Below, in pieces: positions 56,480-64,000 of a stretch of 64,000 nucleotides of DNA. A model generated the notes under the pieces. It made no database searches, was not told the DNA's origin, and worked only from the letters and a program-made list of their open reading frames with translations. Numbering within the stretch: position 1 is the first letter of the stretch; each line of letters begins with the position of its first letter. This stretch comes from a virus (lineage: Duplodnaviria; Heunggongvirae; Uroviricota; Caudoviricetes): IMG/VR virus record IMGVR_UViG_3300042908_000811, positions 1 through 64,000 of that record; one strand, given 5' to 3'. Made by a program: the position numbers and the translations under genes.

Positions 56480-56602
56480 ATAAAAATATACTATAGAAGC
56501 GACTCATTGATAGTGCATCTATGTTACTGAGGAACCAGACCGTGCTAGGAGGCTTGAAAAAGTCGAGGATCTGTGATAGTATATTTTTATATAAAGAGTT
56601 TT

Positions 56603-56684
56603 GGATGAGATGCTCTAATGGTAGGGCAGCGGACTGTAACCCCGTGGCTTCGGCAAGTTGGTTCGATTCCAACCTCATCCACCA
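56603..56684 (+). tRNA. tRNA-Tyr (anticodon GTA), class II, imperfect anticodon stem
   Basis: acceptor GGATGAG/CTCATCC, loop CTGTAAC, variable GGCTTCGGCA, T-arm GTTGGTTCGATTCCAAC, CCA. Confidence 0.5.
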
Positions 56685-56690
56685 AATTCT

Positions 56691-56767
56691 GCCCGTCAAG
56701 CATAAGTGGTATATGCGTCCGACTCATAATCGGGGGAAAGTTGGTTCGAATCCAATGGCGGGCACCA
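56691..56767 (+). tRNA. tRNA with anticodon CAT (Met or Ile-lysidine), copy 2
   Basis: acceptor GCCCGTC/GGCGGGC, D GCAT/ATGC, TCCGA-CTCATAA-TCGGG, CCA. Confidence 0.65.
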
Positions 56768-56786
56768 GAAAGTTTAAGAATATATT

Positions 56787-56869
56787 GCGGGGATGTATCT
56801 CAACGGTCTTCTAAACCGTCGTTAACCGAGTAATTGGAGTATGCAGGTTCGAGTCCTGTCTTCCCCGCA
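56787..56869 (+). tRNA. irregular tRNA-like gene (acceptor GCGGGGA/TCCCCGC; candidate anticodon arm ACGGT-CTTCTAA-ACCGT = TCT) with no resolvable D-arm
   Basis: T-loop GGTTCGAGTCC present; no CCA. Confidence 0.35.
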
Positions 56870-56892
56870 ATATATTTTTGGTAGAGAAAAAA

Positions 56893-57672
56893 ATGTCTAG
56901 GAAATTAAAAAATGCTATTCCGTCATCAAAAAGTTTAGTTTGTTGTTTGAAATGTAAATCAACAGTTACTTCTATAAATTTTTCAAAACATTATGATAGT
57001 AAATTATGTAATGGTGGTGGAAAATTTAAAATAGAAAATCTTATTAACTGTAAGTATTGTGATTTATCGTTTGTTGGATTTTCCGCCACCAAAAAAGCGA
57101 GTCATTCAAGATGGTGTGAATTTAACCCAAGATCAAAAATTGATAAAGAAAATCTAGCAAAGAGAAAGAATCTTTATCCAATAAAAGATAAAGATTCTTG
57201 GAAAAATTCTATTTCTGATGCCCATAAGCGAGGTTGCTATTCTAATTCCACAGAAAAAGGGTTACAAACTAAAATAAAGAACGGAACTTTATACCCAACA
57301 GAAGAAACAAAGAAAAAGATAAGCATTGCTGCACAAAATTCTGAACACCAAAGGGTTTGTAAAAAATCGCATAAATTTGTTGATAAAATAGGAAGAGAAT
57401 TTATATTTGATTCTTCTTGGGAAGATGCCTTAGCAATAAGGTTGGACGAATTAAGTATTGATTGGATAAGACCACCTCCAATCAAATATACGTTAAACGG
57501 AAAAAGTAAAAATTATTTTCCTGATTTTTATCTTCCTGGATTTAATCTTTATCTTGATCCTAAGAATTCTTATTGTATAAAAGTTCAGAAAGAAAAAATA
57601 GAAATAGTATCTAAACAAATAAATTTATTGATATTGGAGTCTCTACAAGATTGTAAAAATTTTACAATATAA
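56893..57672 (+). CDS. putative endonuclease (N-terminal Cys zinc-finger clusters; C-terminal FDSSWE...YFPDFYL motif, PD-(D/E)xK-like)
   Basis: track ORF 56878; ATG at 56893. Confidence 0.4.
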   Translation: MSRKLKNAIPSSKSLVCCLKCKSTVTSINFSKHYDSKLCNGGGKFKIENLINCKYCDLSFVGFSATKKASHSRWCEFNPRSKIDKENLAKRKNLYPIKDKDSWKNSISDAHKRGCYSNSTEKGLQTKIKNGTLYPTEETKKKISIAAQNSEHQRVCKKSHKFVDKIGREFIFDSSWEDALAIRLDELSIDWIRPPPIKYTLNGKSKNYFPDFYLPGFNLYLDPKNSYCIKVQKEKIEIVSKQINLLILESLQDCKNFTI

Positions 57673-57713
57673 TAAAAGAATATTGGATATAATCGTAAAG
57701 TCTAGAAATATAA

Positions 57714-57798
57714 GGGGCGGACGCCGAATTGGTTGCGGCACTAGACTTTTAATCTAGCGATTATATCCGAGTGGGTTCGAATCCCACTCGCCCCACCA
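57714..57798 (+). tRNA. class-II-shaped tRNA (13-nt variable arm) with anticodon loop CTTTTAA (anticodon TTT by standard numbering)
   Basis: acceptor GGGGCGG/TCGCCCC, D GCCG/CGGC, CTAGA-CTTTTAA-TCTAG, T-arm GTGGGTTCGAATCCCAC extendable to 8 bp, CCA. Confidence 0.5.
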
Positions 57799-57930
57799 AT
57801 TTGTGTTGCAACTAATGTCGGTAACGCCCTTCCTCCGACTTAAAATGACTGATAAGTATGTTAAATAATTGCCTCGACGCAACGAGGTGGATGGTTGACC
57901 AATGCTTAAAGGTAATAGGGTAACAAATTT

Positions 57931-58004
57931 GCTTCTATAATTCAAAGGTAGAATACCGAACTGATAATTCGGAAACGATGGATCGATACCATCTAGGAGC
58001 ACCA
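57931..58004 (+). tRNA. tRNA-Ile (anticodon GAT)
   Basis: CCGAA-CTGATAA-TTCGG, T-arm GATGGATCGATACCATC, CCA. Confidence 0.7.
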
Positions 58005-58029
58005 AATAAAAATCGCCCCGAAGGGCGAT
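58004..58029 (-). terminator. rho-independent terminator for the minus-strand tail-collar gene
   Basis: minus strand ATCGCCCTTCGGGGCGAT followed by TTTTTATTT. Confidence 0.6.
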
Positions 58030-58034
58030 GGGTA

Positions 58035-58292
58035 TTAGAAGAAGTCTGGATATAAACCGTTGATACAAATCAAGTATCTTGGATTATTTCCCCAATCTGG
58101 AATTGTGTTGTTTTTTGGACGTAAATCTGGGAGCTTAAAGTTATGAATACCGTCTCCCCCATAAACAGATCCGATAATAGAATATAATGCTTGATGATCG
58201 TTTATTGATAATGTTTGACCTTCGCAAAACATAAAATTGTTTGGGCAACGATAACCAGCGAACATTTTAATAACGCCAATAAATTCTTCCAT
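58035..58292 (-). CDS. phage tail-collar domain (MdpB-like) protein 85 aa
   Basis: MFAGYRCPNNFMFCEGQTLSINDHQALYSIIGSVYGGDG...FKLPDLR matches the tail-collar domain consensus. Confidence 0.6.
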   Translation of the reverse strand: MEEFIGVIKMFAGYRCPNNFMFCEGQTLSINDHQALYSIIGSVYGGDGIHNFKLPDLRPKNNTIPDWGNNPRYLICINGLYPDFF

Positions 58293-58322
58293 AGTAACCT
58301 CAATGTTAAAAAAATGTATTTA

Positions 58323-58396
58323 GGCGATATAGTTTAGTGATAGAACAAGAGATTCATATCCTCTGAGCAGAAGTTTGATTCTTCTTATCGCCACCA
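58323..58396 (+). tRNA. tRNA with anticodon CAT, copy 3 (loop-closing mismatch)
   Basis: acceptor GGCGATA/TATCGCC, loop TTCATAT, T-arm AGAAGTTTGATTCTTCT, CCA. Confidence 0.5.
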
Positions 58397-58405
58397 AAGA
58401 GTTAT

Positions 58406-58480
58406 GGTTCCATAGTGTAGTGGTCTGCACGATGCCCTGTCAAGGCATAAGTCCGGGATCGTTCCCCGGTGGAACCGCCA
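58406..58480 (+). tRNA. tRNA-Asp (anticodon GTC)
   Basis: ATGCC-CTGTCAA-GGCAT, T-arm CCGGGATCGTTCCCCGG, CCA. Confidence 0.7.
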
Positions 58481-58493
58481 ATTTAAAAACTAC

Positions 58494-58521
58494 TTTACAT
58501 TTATTAGGTTGTGTAGTAAAA
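58494..58521 (+). promoter_or_regulatory. promoter TTTACA-16-TAAAAT
   Basis: CTTTACATTTATTAGGTTGTGTAGTAAAATA. Confidence 0.55.
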
Positions 58522-58531
58522 TAAAAAAACT

Positions 58532-58606
58532 GCCTCTAAAACATTGTTAGTGATGTACCTGATTTGTACTCAGGATAACTCGGCGCAACTCCGGGTGGAG
58601 GCTCCA
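58532..58606 (+). tRNA. tRNA-Thr (anticodon TGT)
   Basis: acceptor GCCTCTA/TGGAGGC, D ACAT/ATGT, CCTGA-TTTGTAC-TCAGG, CCA. Confidence 0.65.
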
Positions 58607-58623
58607 TTTTAAATAAAAATATT

Positions 58624-59193
58624 ATGAAAATTACACATCAAAATATAATGTTAATTGAAAATTGGTTGACCCGAAATAATAAACAAATAAATTTGGGTGA
58701 TGATTTTGTTAGAGAAGTTTATCAAGAAGTTTTAGAAAAAATATTTAAAATTAAAGATACCGAATCGTTAAAAACTAGAAAAAGAGCGTATAGGTTACAA
58801 TATGATTATGTCAGAAGAGACTTACTAAAGATTAAGTATAAATGGAACAATAATTCTTCAACTGGTATAAAAGAGGGATTTGTTTATGCAATTGGTAATC
58901 CTGCTTGGAAAGATTATGTAAAGATTGGATCTGCTATTGATGTAATGGATAGATTAAAATCTTACCAAACAAGTTCGCCTCATAGAGATTATTATTTAAT
59001 AGATTATTATTTTTCTCATAATAGATTGTTAGAAGAATCTAATCTACATAAAACTTTTGATGAAAGAAATTCTGAGTGGTGTAAAGTTTCCGAAAAAGAA
59101 ATAAAAGAAAAATTCAAAAATTTGAAAAATATTAATGGGATAGAAGTTCTACAAGAAAAACTTACAGAACAAAAGAAAAGAAAAGAATATTGA
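58624..59193 (+). CDS. T5orf172 / GIY-YIG-superfamily domain protein (MUG113-like)
   Basis: GFVYAIGNPAWKDYVKIGSAIDVMDRLKSYQTSSP...EWCKV. Confidence 0.55.
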   Translation: MKITHQNIMLIENWLTRNNKQINLGDDFVREVYQEVLEKIFKIKDTESLKTRKRAYRLQYDYVRRDLLKIKYKWNNNSSTGIKEGFVYAIGNPAWKDYVKIGSAIDVMDRLKSYQTSSPHRDYYLIDYYFSHNRLLEESNLHKTFDERNSEWCKVSEKEIKEKFKNLKNINGIEVLQEKLTEQKKRKEY

Positions 59194-59274
59194 TAGAACA
59201 CATACAAGAAGTAAAAATAAATAAACATAAAGTAGATTATAATAGATTTTCTTCTATATAAGTAAAAGTTTAAT

Positions 59275-59352
59275 TCCCAGTTAGCAATCATGGTGAATGC
59301 GCTCCGCTGTTAACGGAGAACGAGGCAGGATCGTTACCTGCACTGGGAGCCA
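59275..59352 (+). tRNA. tRNA-Asn (anticodon GTT)
   Basis: CTCCG-CTGTTAA-CGGAG, T-arm GCAGGATCGTTACCTGC, CCA. Confidence 0.65.
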
Positions 59353-59358
59353 ATTTAA

Positions 59359-59437
59359 GGGGAATGGGACTGCTAGTGGTGGTCGCCTCGCTTGCACCGA
59401 GGATAACAGATCGGTTAGAATCCGATATTCTCCACCA
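59359..59437 (+). tRNA. tRNA-Ala (anticodon TGC)
   Basis: CCTCG-CTTGCAC-CGAGG, T-arm ATCGGTTAGAATCCGAT, CCA. Confidence 0.65.
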
Positions 59438-59444
59438 ATTTATT

Positions 59445-59520
59445 CCGGGTTTAGCTGAGGTTGGTTTAGCACTGCGTTTGGGACGCAGGGACGGGAGTTC
59501 GAATCTCTCAATCCGGACCA
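59445..59520 (+). tRNA. second tRNA-Pro-like (loop TTTGGGA, anticodon TGG)
   Basis: CTGCG-TTTGGGA-CGCAG, T-arm GGGAGTTCGAATCTCTC, CCA. Confidence 0.5.
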
Positions 59521-59537
59521 ATTTATTAGAGTATATT

Positions 59538-59729
59538 ATGGATCAAAAAGAAGCTCAAGAAATATACAATTTATCAGAAAGAGCAATTAATAGGGTAAGA
59601 GATTGCGCCTATCAAGAACAATTTATCCTTAAAACAAAATCTATAGACGTTCTTTATAGTCAAGTATTAACTATATTAGAAAAGAAAAGATTAAGATCAG
59701 AAGCATTCTTGAATAGAAGTAAAGAATAA
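59538..59729 (+). CDS. small protein 63 aa (MDQKEAQEIYNLSERAINRVRDC...), possible HTH regulator
   Basis: internal ATG of track ORF 59364-59729, whose upstream part overlaps tRNAs. Confidence 0.4.
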   Translation: MDQKEAQEIYNLSERAINRVRDCAYQEQFILKTKSIDVLYSQVLTILEKKRLRSEAFLNRSKE

Positions 59730-59730
59730 T

Positions 59731-59804
59731 ACGTCACTGGTGTAATGGTAACATTTTCGGCTCCAACCCGAACGTTCAGGGTTCAAATCCTTGGTGGCGT
59801 GCCA
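59731..59804 (+). tRNA. tRNA-Trp (anticodon CCA)
   Basis: TTCGG-CTCCAAC-CCGAA, T-arm CAGGGTTCAAATCCTTG, CCA. Confidence 0.65.
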
Positions 59805-59809
59805 AATTT

Positions 59810-59884
59810 GCGGGTATAGTTTAATTGGGAAAATCAATGCTTGCCAAGCATTAGTCGTCGGATCGTAACCGATTACCCGCTCCA
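59810..59884 (+). tRNA. tRNA-Gly (anticodon GCC)
   Basis: AATGC-TTGCCAA-GCATT, T-arm TCGGATCGTAACCGA, CCA. Confidence 0.65.
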
Positions 59885-59916
59885 ATATAATAGAGGAAAA
59901 ATAATGTAGGTGAATT

Positions 59917-60390
59917 ATGAAACATACCATAAACATAAAAGAAGTTCAAACGTATATAGAATCGTTAAGTCCCCAAACTAAAATTTATATTGGTGGCGAT
60001 TCTGAACGATTCAAAATTAATGGTGTATGGTATGCGGATTATGCGACTGTAATTGTAGTCCATATTGATGGTAAACACGGTTGTAAAGTGTTTGGCGAAA
60101 TCGCCAGAGAAAGAGATTTCGACCAAAAGAAAGCAAAACCAAGAATGCGATTAATGACAGAAGTATACAAAATTGCAGAACTATATCTTAAATTGAAAGA
60201 TGTACTTGAAGATAGAGATGTTGAAGTTCATATAGACATAAATCCAGATGAACATTATGGTTCTTCTTGTGTTATATCTGAAGCAGTAGGTTATATTCGG
60301 GGTATGTGTAACGTTGTTCCCCTGGTTAAACCAAACGCCTGGGCAGCATCAACTTGTGCTGACAGATTAAAGAGTTTAAAAGTAGCATGA
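59917..60390 (+). CDS. hypothetical protein 157 aa
   Basis: ORF track. Confidence 0.5.
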   Translation: MKHTINIKEVQTYIESLSPQTKIYIGGDSERFKINGVWYADYATVIVVHIDGKHGCKVFGEIARERDFDQKKAKPRMRLMTEVYKIAELYLKLKDVLEDRDVEVHIDINPDEHYGSSCVISEAVGYIRGMCNVVPLVKPNAWAASTCADRLKSLKVA

Positions 60391-60602
60391 TATATCTAGT
60401 AGAAGGATATAATAAATCAGATTATATTACTGATATTGTTAATTGGGAACCTTTACGTTATTTTGAAACTTTACAGCAATCTTTTCTGTATATGGATAAT
60501 ATGAAAGAAAGAAATTATGAAACTAGAGTCCGGTTGACTGATTCTCCTGTTGAAGAGATAACTCAACCGGACGAACACTGGGAAATTTTCTTTGGAGTGT
60601 GA
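60387..60602 (+). CDS. hypothetical protein 71 aa
   Basis: ORF track; ATGA overlap. Confidence 0.5.
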   Translation: MIYLVEGYNKSDYITDIVNWEPLRYFETLQQSFLYMDNMKERNYETRVRLTDSPVEEITQPDEHWEIFFGV

Positions 60603-60620
60603 CTTTACTTTTTAGGTTGA

Positions 60621-61019
60621 TTGGGTTACGATATCTTTCGTAAAGTAAACAACATTGAGAATATTATGAAATCTGTTTTTATCTTGGGCTTTATTTTGGT
60701 TTCTTTTTCTGTTAATGCGGAAAGATATATTGAATATCACGAAAACCCTAATGCCCTCTTTGACGCTACAAAGAACTTTACTAATATGTCAAACATTACT
60801 TGGCGTACTGCAAAAAATGTAACCAAAGCGTGTAACGAAGAAAAGAAAAAACGTGGTAAAAAGCCATACGGATACGTTGTAGAAGCATGCGCGTTTTGGG
60901 ATAAAACTTTGGGGTTTGATACTTGTCTTGTAATAACAGAAAAGAAAACTTCAATGGCTACAATTGGGCATGAGGTTATGCACTGTTTTTCTGGGGCTTG
61001 GCATGAAGACTTTAAATAA
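60621..61019 (+). CDS. secreted small HExxH zinc-metallopeptidase-like protein
   Basis: signal peptide MKSVFILGFILVSFSVNA; GHEVMHCFSGAWHED, close to the metzincin HExxHxxGxxH motif. Confidence 0.45.
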   Translation: MGYDIFRKVNNIENIMKSVFILGFILVSFSVNAERYIEYHENPNALFDATKNFTNMSNITWRTAKNVTKACNEEKKKRGKKPYGYVVEACAFWDKTLGFDTCLVITEKKTSMATIGHEVMHCFSGAWHEDFK

Positions 61020-61112
61020 AAGTTTCTAATAAGAATAGAAAAAGTTAAACAAATTATAGTTTGTATTTGTTTAGTGATGTTGGTTGTGTTTATTATCTAA
61101 GGAGAATATATT

Positions 61113-61274
61113 ATGTCTGGAACTGTTATTAAGCGATGTGGTTGTAAGGGTAATCCTTCTCATGCGTCTGATTTTCAAGATGCCAAGTATGGTCAAGGAA
61201 ATCGCGTTATGTCTCTAGATCAAAAGAAATCTGAGGCAACATGTTCTGTATGTGGAAAGACTGTGAAGTTGTAA
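61113..61274 (+). CDS. 53-aa Cys4 zinc-ribbon protein
   Basis: AAGGAGAATATATTATG RBS; CGCKG...CSVCGK. Confidence 0.4.
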   Translation: MSGTVIKRCGCKGNPSHASDFQDAKYGQGNRVMSLDQKKSEATCSVCGKTVKL

Positions 61275-61614
61275 TCATGCTAAAATATGAACCCTATATA
61301 GTAGCAACAGGATTTCTAATAATTGTTTTTATTATAATGTTCTTTTAAAGTTTATGCGGGTGTGGTATAGATATATGTGCCTTGGATTTCCAATCCAAAG
61401 AGGCTGGAGAGTTACCAGTCGCCCGCTCAATTTATTTCCAATAATTCTTTTATTTCGTCCATTATAGATTTTAACCTATATTCTTTATAGGTTATTCTTA
61501 TTACATCAATCCCGTATTGAGTAGAGATAATTATATCTCTATATTCGTCTTGAATTTTCGTATCTTTATGTTGCGAACCATCTAATTCTATTATAAGGTT
61601 TTTATCTGGAAAAT

Positions 61615-61648
61615 AAAAAGGGGTCTAAACGGACCCCTTTACTTTTTC
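61615..61648 (+). terminator. rho-independent terminator fused to the next promoter's -35
   Basis: AAAAAGGGGTCTAAACGGACCCCTTTACTTTTTC. Confidence 0.6.
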
Positions 61649-61666
61649 TTGGCATAGGCTTAGAAT
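61638..61666 (+). promoter_or_regulatory. promoter TTTACT-17-TAGAAT
   Basis: CTTTACTTTTTCTTGGCATAGGCTTAGAATTTACC. Confidence 0.55.
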
Positions 61667-61699
61667 TTACCTTCCTTAAAAATAAAAACGTTTTTCGTT

Positions 61700-62398
61700 A
61701 TGAAGATTGTAATTGATACTGAAAACTTTACAACACCGTTCAAAAAATTGAACAATTCGATGAAAGAAACATCAAAACTCGTATGGAAGAATTCTGATGC
61801 GGGACATGTAGCTTTGTTTGGAGTTTCTTTAGTTTTGTGCGGGTATATTATTTCTAGTAAAATTGATAATTACCTCAATAGAAATAGTAATAGAGGTACT
61901 GTGGACGTTACTCTGGAAAAGCCCGATACGGAGGAGTACAAATTAAACGTTAAACAGCCAAAAACCAAATACTCTCAATTATATAATACCGGGAAGAAAA
62001 TTTCTTTATCAAATAAAGAATTTGATTGTCTCGCAAAAAATATTTATTGGGAAACTTCATTTGAACCGCTATTGGGACAAATGGCAGTCGCTAATGTAAC
62101 TTATAATAGGGTTTTGTCTGGTAAATGGGGTGATACGTTTTGTGATGTAGTATATGCCCCAAAACAATTTTCTTGGACGAACCACAAAAAACTTAGAAAC
62201 GCAAACCCCAAAAATAAAGCTCAATGGGAAAGAGCAAAACATTCAGCAAACCTTTTTACAAAGGGAGTTAGAGTAACAACTTTGGATAAATCGCAATTTT
62301 ATTTTGCGCAATATATTAAAGCGCCAAAATGGAGTAAAAGTATGTCAAAACAAGCGCACATTGGACAACACATCTTTTTTGCACAAAACGGAGACTAA
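61700..62398 (+). CDS. SleB/Hydrolase_2-family cell-wall hydrolase with N-terminal TM anchor (endolysin or virion lysin candidate)
   Basis: NIYWETSFEPLLGQMAVANVTYNRVLSGKWGDTFCDVVYAPKQFSW. Confidence 0.65.
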   Translation: MKIVIDTENFTTPFKKLNNSMKETSKLVWKNSDAGHVALFGVSLVLCGYIISSKIDNYLNRNSNRGTVDVTLEKPDTEEYKLNVKQPKTKYSQLYNTGKKISLSNKEFDCLAKNIYWETSFEPLLGQMAVANVTYNRVLSGKWGDTFCDVVYAPKQFSWTNHKKLRNANPKNKAQWERAKHSANLFTKGVRVTTLDKSQFYFAQYIKAPKWSKSMSKQAHIGQHIFFAQNGD

Positions 62399-62399
62399 T

Positions 62400-62588
62400 A
62401 TGAAAGGCGGAAAGGTAGCAAACCTTGTTGATTGGGATAATGAGGAAAATTACGATGAACTTCTCGAAAGAGAAAGAGAATACAGAGAACAAATCAAAGT
62501 TCGGAAAGCATTTAAGAGATTTGCTGAACCAACAAATCCTAAGAAAGGAAAGGTACAATATTCCAGAACAACTACAAGAGGAATTTAA
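62400..62588 (+). CDS. small basic protein about 62 aa
   Basis: internal ATG of track ORF 62304-62588 after an ACGGAG RBS. Confidence 0.4.
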   Translation: MKGGKVANLVDWDNEENYDELLEREREYREQIKVRKAFKRFAEPTNPKKGKVQYSRTTTRGI

Positions 62589-62946
62589 TTTTCTTCTTAA
62601 AAAAATAGAAAAAGCAAAAGATGCACCAAATTTCGAACTATATGATGGTTGTATTGTGGTTCTGAAAACCAACTACGGAAAATATTACAAAAAATGAGAC
62701 GCTTTACTTCCTGTTGCGATAAGGGTAAAATTATCTTGAAGTTGGGAATTTTAACCTTATTTTTTCACTCGGAGACTGCAATGAGCGACAAATATTTTTC
62801 AAAGGTGTACCGTGGCTTTCTGATTCAACAAACCAGCAAAGGTTACGTTGTCCCTATGCTTCCTAATTGGAGCAAGGGACCAGTACCACAAGGTCCGTTT
62901 TCAACGTTCGGGATTGCAGAACACATTATTGATAGGGTATTAAACA

Positions 62947-63186
62947 ATGGATGAACTATATACAGCATTAAAGAACGATTTGGTGGAAATAGTATTTACT
63001 AAATCTGATGGTAGCACTAGGGTAATGACTGCCACTTTACAAGAATCCCTATTACCAGAAAGGTCAGAAACAACCGCCACCAGCAAAAAGGTAAATCAAA
63101 ACGTTACTGCTGTATGGTCTATAGAAGATGAAGGTTGGCGGGCGTTTAAAAACGATTCAATCATTTCTTGGAAAACAATTAGTTGA
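62947..63186 (+). CDS. hypothetical protein 79 aa
   Basis: ORF track. Confidence 0.45.
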   Translation: MDELYTALKNDLVEIVFTKSDGSTRVMTATLQESLLPERSETTATSKKVNQNVTAVWSIEDEGWRAFKNDSIISWKTIS

Positions 63187-63352
63187 TATGAAGTTTGGGA
63201 TCTTTTTCGGTTTAATTCTTGGAGTTTGGTTTGGTTGGTTTTTCGCGATCAATTATACAATTTCTGTAATAGAAAGGAAACAAGGAGTTATGACCGTTGA
63301 AGATTGGTCAAGAATGAGAGAACTAACCCTACAACTAAGAAAAGATAAAATG

Positions 63353-63607
63353 TTATTTTTCTGACTTTGTAGAATTAATGATCGTTTCTAATTCAGAGAT
63401 GTAGTTTTTTATGGCTACATCTCTTTTTAGTAAAGCCCATTTAGTTTCATCATCAACACAAACCAAACTATCCGATCTAACTTTTTGTAATTCTGGTTTA
63501 GGGGGTAAAGTAAGAGGAGTAGTCACATAAACAATCCGTTCGGAAGGTTTTGGGGCGCACCCGGTTAATAACAATACAAGTATAATATATTTACCAATTC
63601 TCATCAT
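63353..63607 (-). CDS. lipoprotein (lipobox LTGC, Pro-rich), possible outer-membrane spanin subunit
   Basis: MMRIGKYIILVLLLTGCAPKP...PLTLPPKP. Confidence 0.4.
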   Translation of the reverse strand: MMRIGKYIILVLLLTGCAPKPSERIVYVTTPLTLPPKPELQKVRSDSLVCVDDETKWALLKRDVAIKNYISELETIINSTKSEK

Positions 63608-64000
63608 TGAAAAAATCTTCCTTTTTTGGTTTTTTAACGGTTTGTTTCTTACGTTCTTTTAGGTTTTTTTCAACCTTTTCTTTTTGTTCTATTTGAACCT
63701 TTTCTACTTCTTGTTTTTCTACTTTACATGTTTTTCTTTGTTCTAGAAATTCGTAGATAATTTCAAGAAGCTTCCTTAGAATTTCCATTTTCACCACCCC
63801 AGGCAATAGGTTCTTTAGTGACAAATCTGAGACATATATTAATCAATGTTAACGCTTGCACTTGTAAATCTTCAGATACAACGAAACCATACTCTTTCTG
63901 AACCCAAAACGCCAAAAACGCTAAAAGGTTCACCCATATAGTTTTTGATTTAAGAATTCTTTTTACAGCAACGTTTGGAGATTCTTCAACAATAACGGTT

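Noticed and set aside
53432-59521. Minus-strand ORFs overlapping tRNAs (53432-53644, 55485-55682, 55930-56139, 56382-56699, 57754-58068, 59016-59291, 59288-59521)
   Set aside because: They run antisense through densely packed tRNA genes with no RBS; GC-rich tRNA DNA often yields spurious ORFs.

Overview
This window looks like the early/accessory region of a large virulent dsDNA phage with low GC (roughly one third by eye) and a T4/T5-like gene inventory. A Gram-negative host is suggested by an Lpp-like lipoprotein, a spanin-like lipoprotein and GGAG-type ribosome-binding sites. The layout is as follows. (1) 0.5-34.9 kb is almost entirely minus-strand small genes, most with their own strongly conserved sigma70-like early promoter plus conserved leader (TTGACT or TTTACT -35, a TAnnnT -10, then an AGTCTTGTGGTT/ACTGGAGAA leader). 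This block contains a T4 RnlA-like RNA ligase, a P-loop polynucleotide kinase, a calcineurin-like phosphoesterase, and a second RNA ligase of DraRnl/Rnl5 architecture (OB domain plus nucleotidyltransferase) interrupted by a single in-frame TGA. It also holds a 5'-deoxyribonucleotidase, an SPFH/band-7 protein, four tandem MORN-like repeat paralogs, a GIY-YIG endonuclease, a CobT-like VWA protein and several multi-copy small-protein families. (2) Divergent promoters sit at 34.9 kb. (3) 35-41 kb is a plus-strand cluster: cupin, CobS/MoxR-like AAA+ ATPase, an HNH endonuclease and a second AAA ATPase. (4) 41.6-51 kb carries at least 22 near-identical promoter/5'UTR/RBS cassettes of about 62 nt, each driving a small, often very acidic or membrane ORF, with visibly higher GC; this resembles a hyperplastic early, possibly anti-defence, island. 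(5) 52.6-53.3 kb is repeat-rich non-coding DNA (3 x 30 bp, about 17 x 12 bp, an AT-rich tract and a bidirectional terminator) and is a candidate replication origin. (6) 53.4-59.9 kb holds about 27 tRNA or tRNA-like genes (anticodons from manual folding) interspersed with homing-endonuclease-like ORFs, two structured non-tRNA RNAs and a minus-strand tail-collar-domain gene. (7) 60-64 kb encodes a secreted HExxH protein, a SleB-type cell-wall hydrolase and a spanin-like lipoprotein. An 87-bp perfect inverted repeat links the left window edge (1-87) to 39405-39491. All tRNA types and all coordinates not taken from the ORF track come from by-eye folding and reading, and may be off by 1-2 nt.
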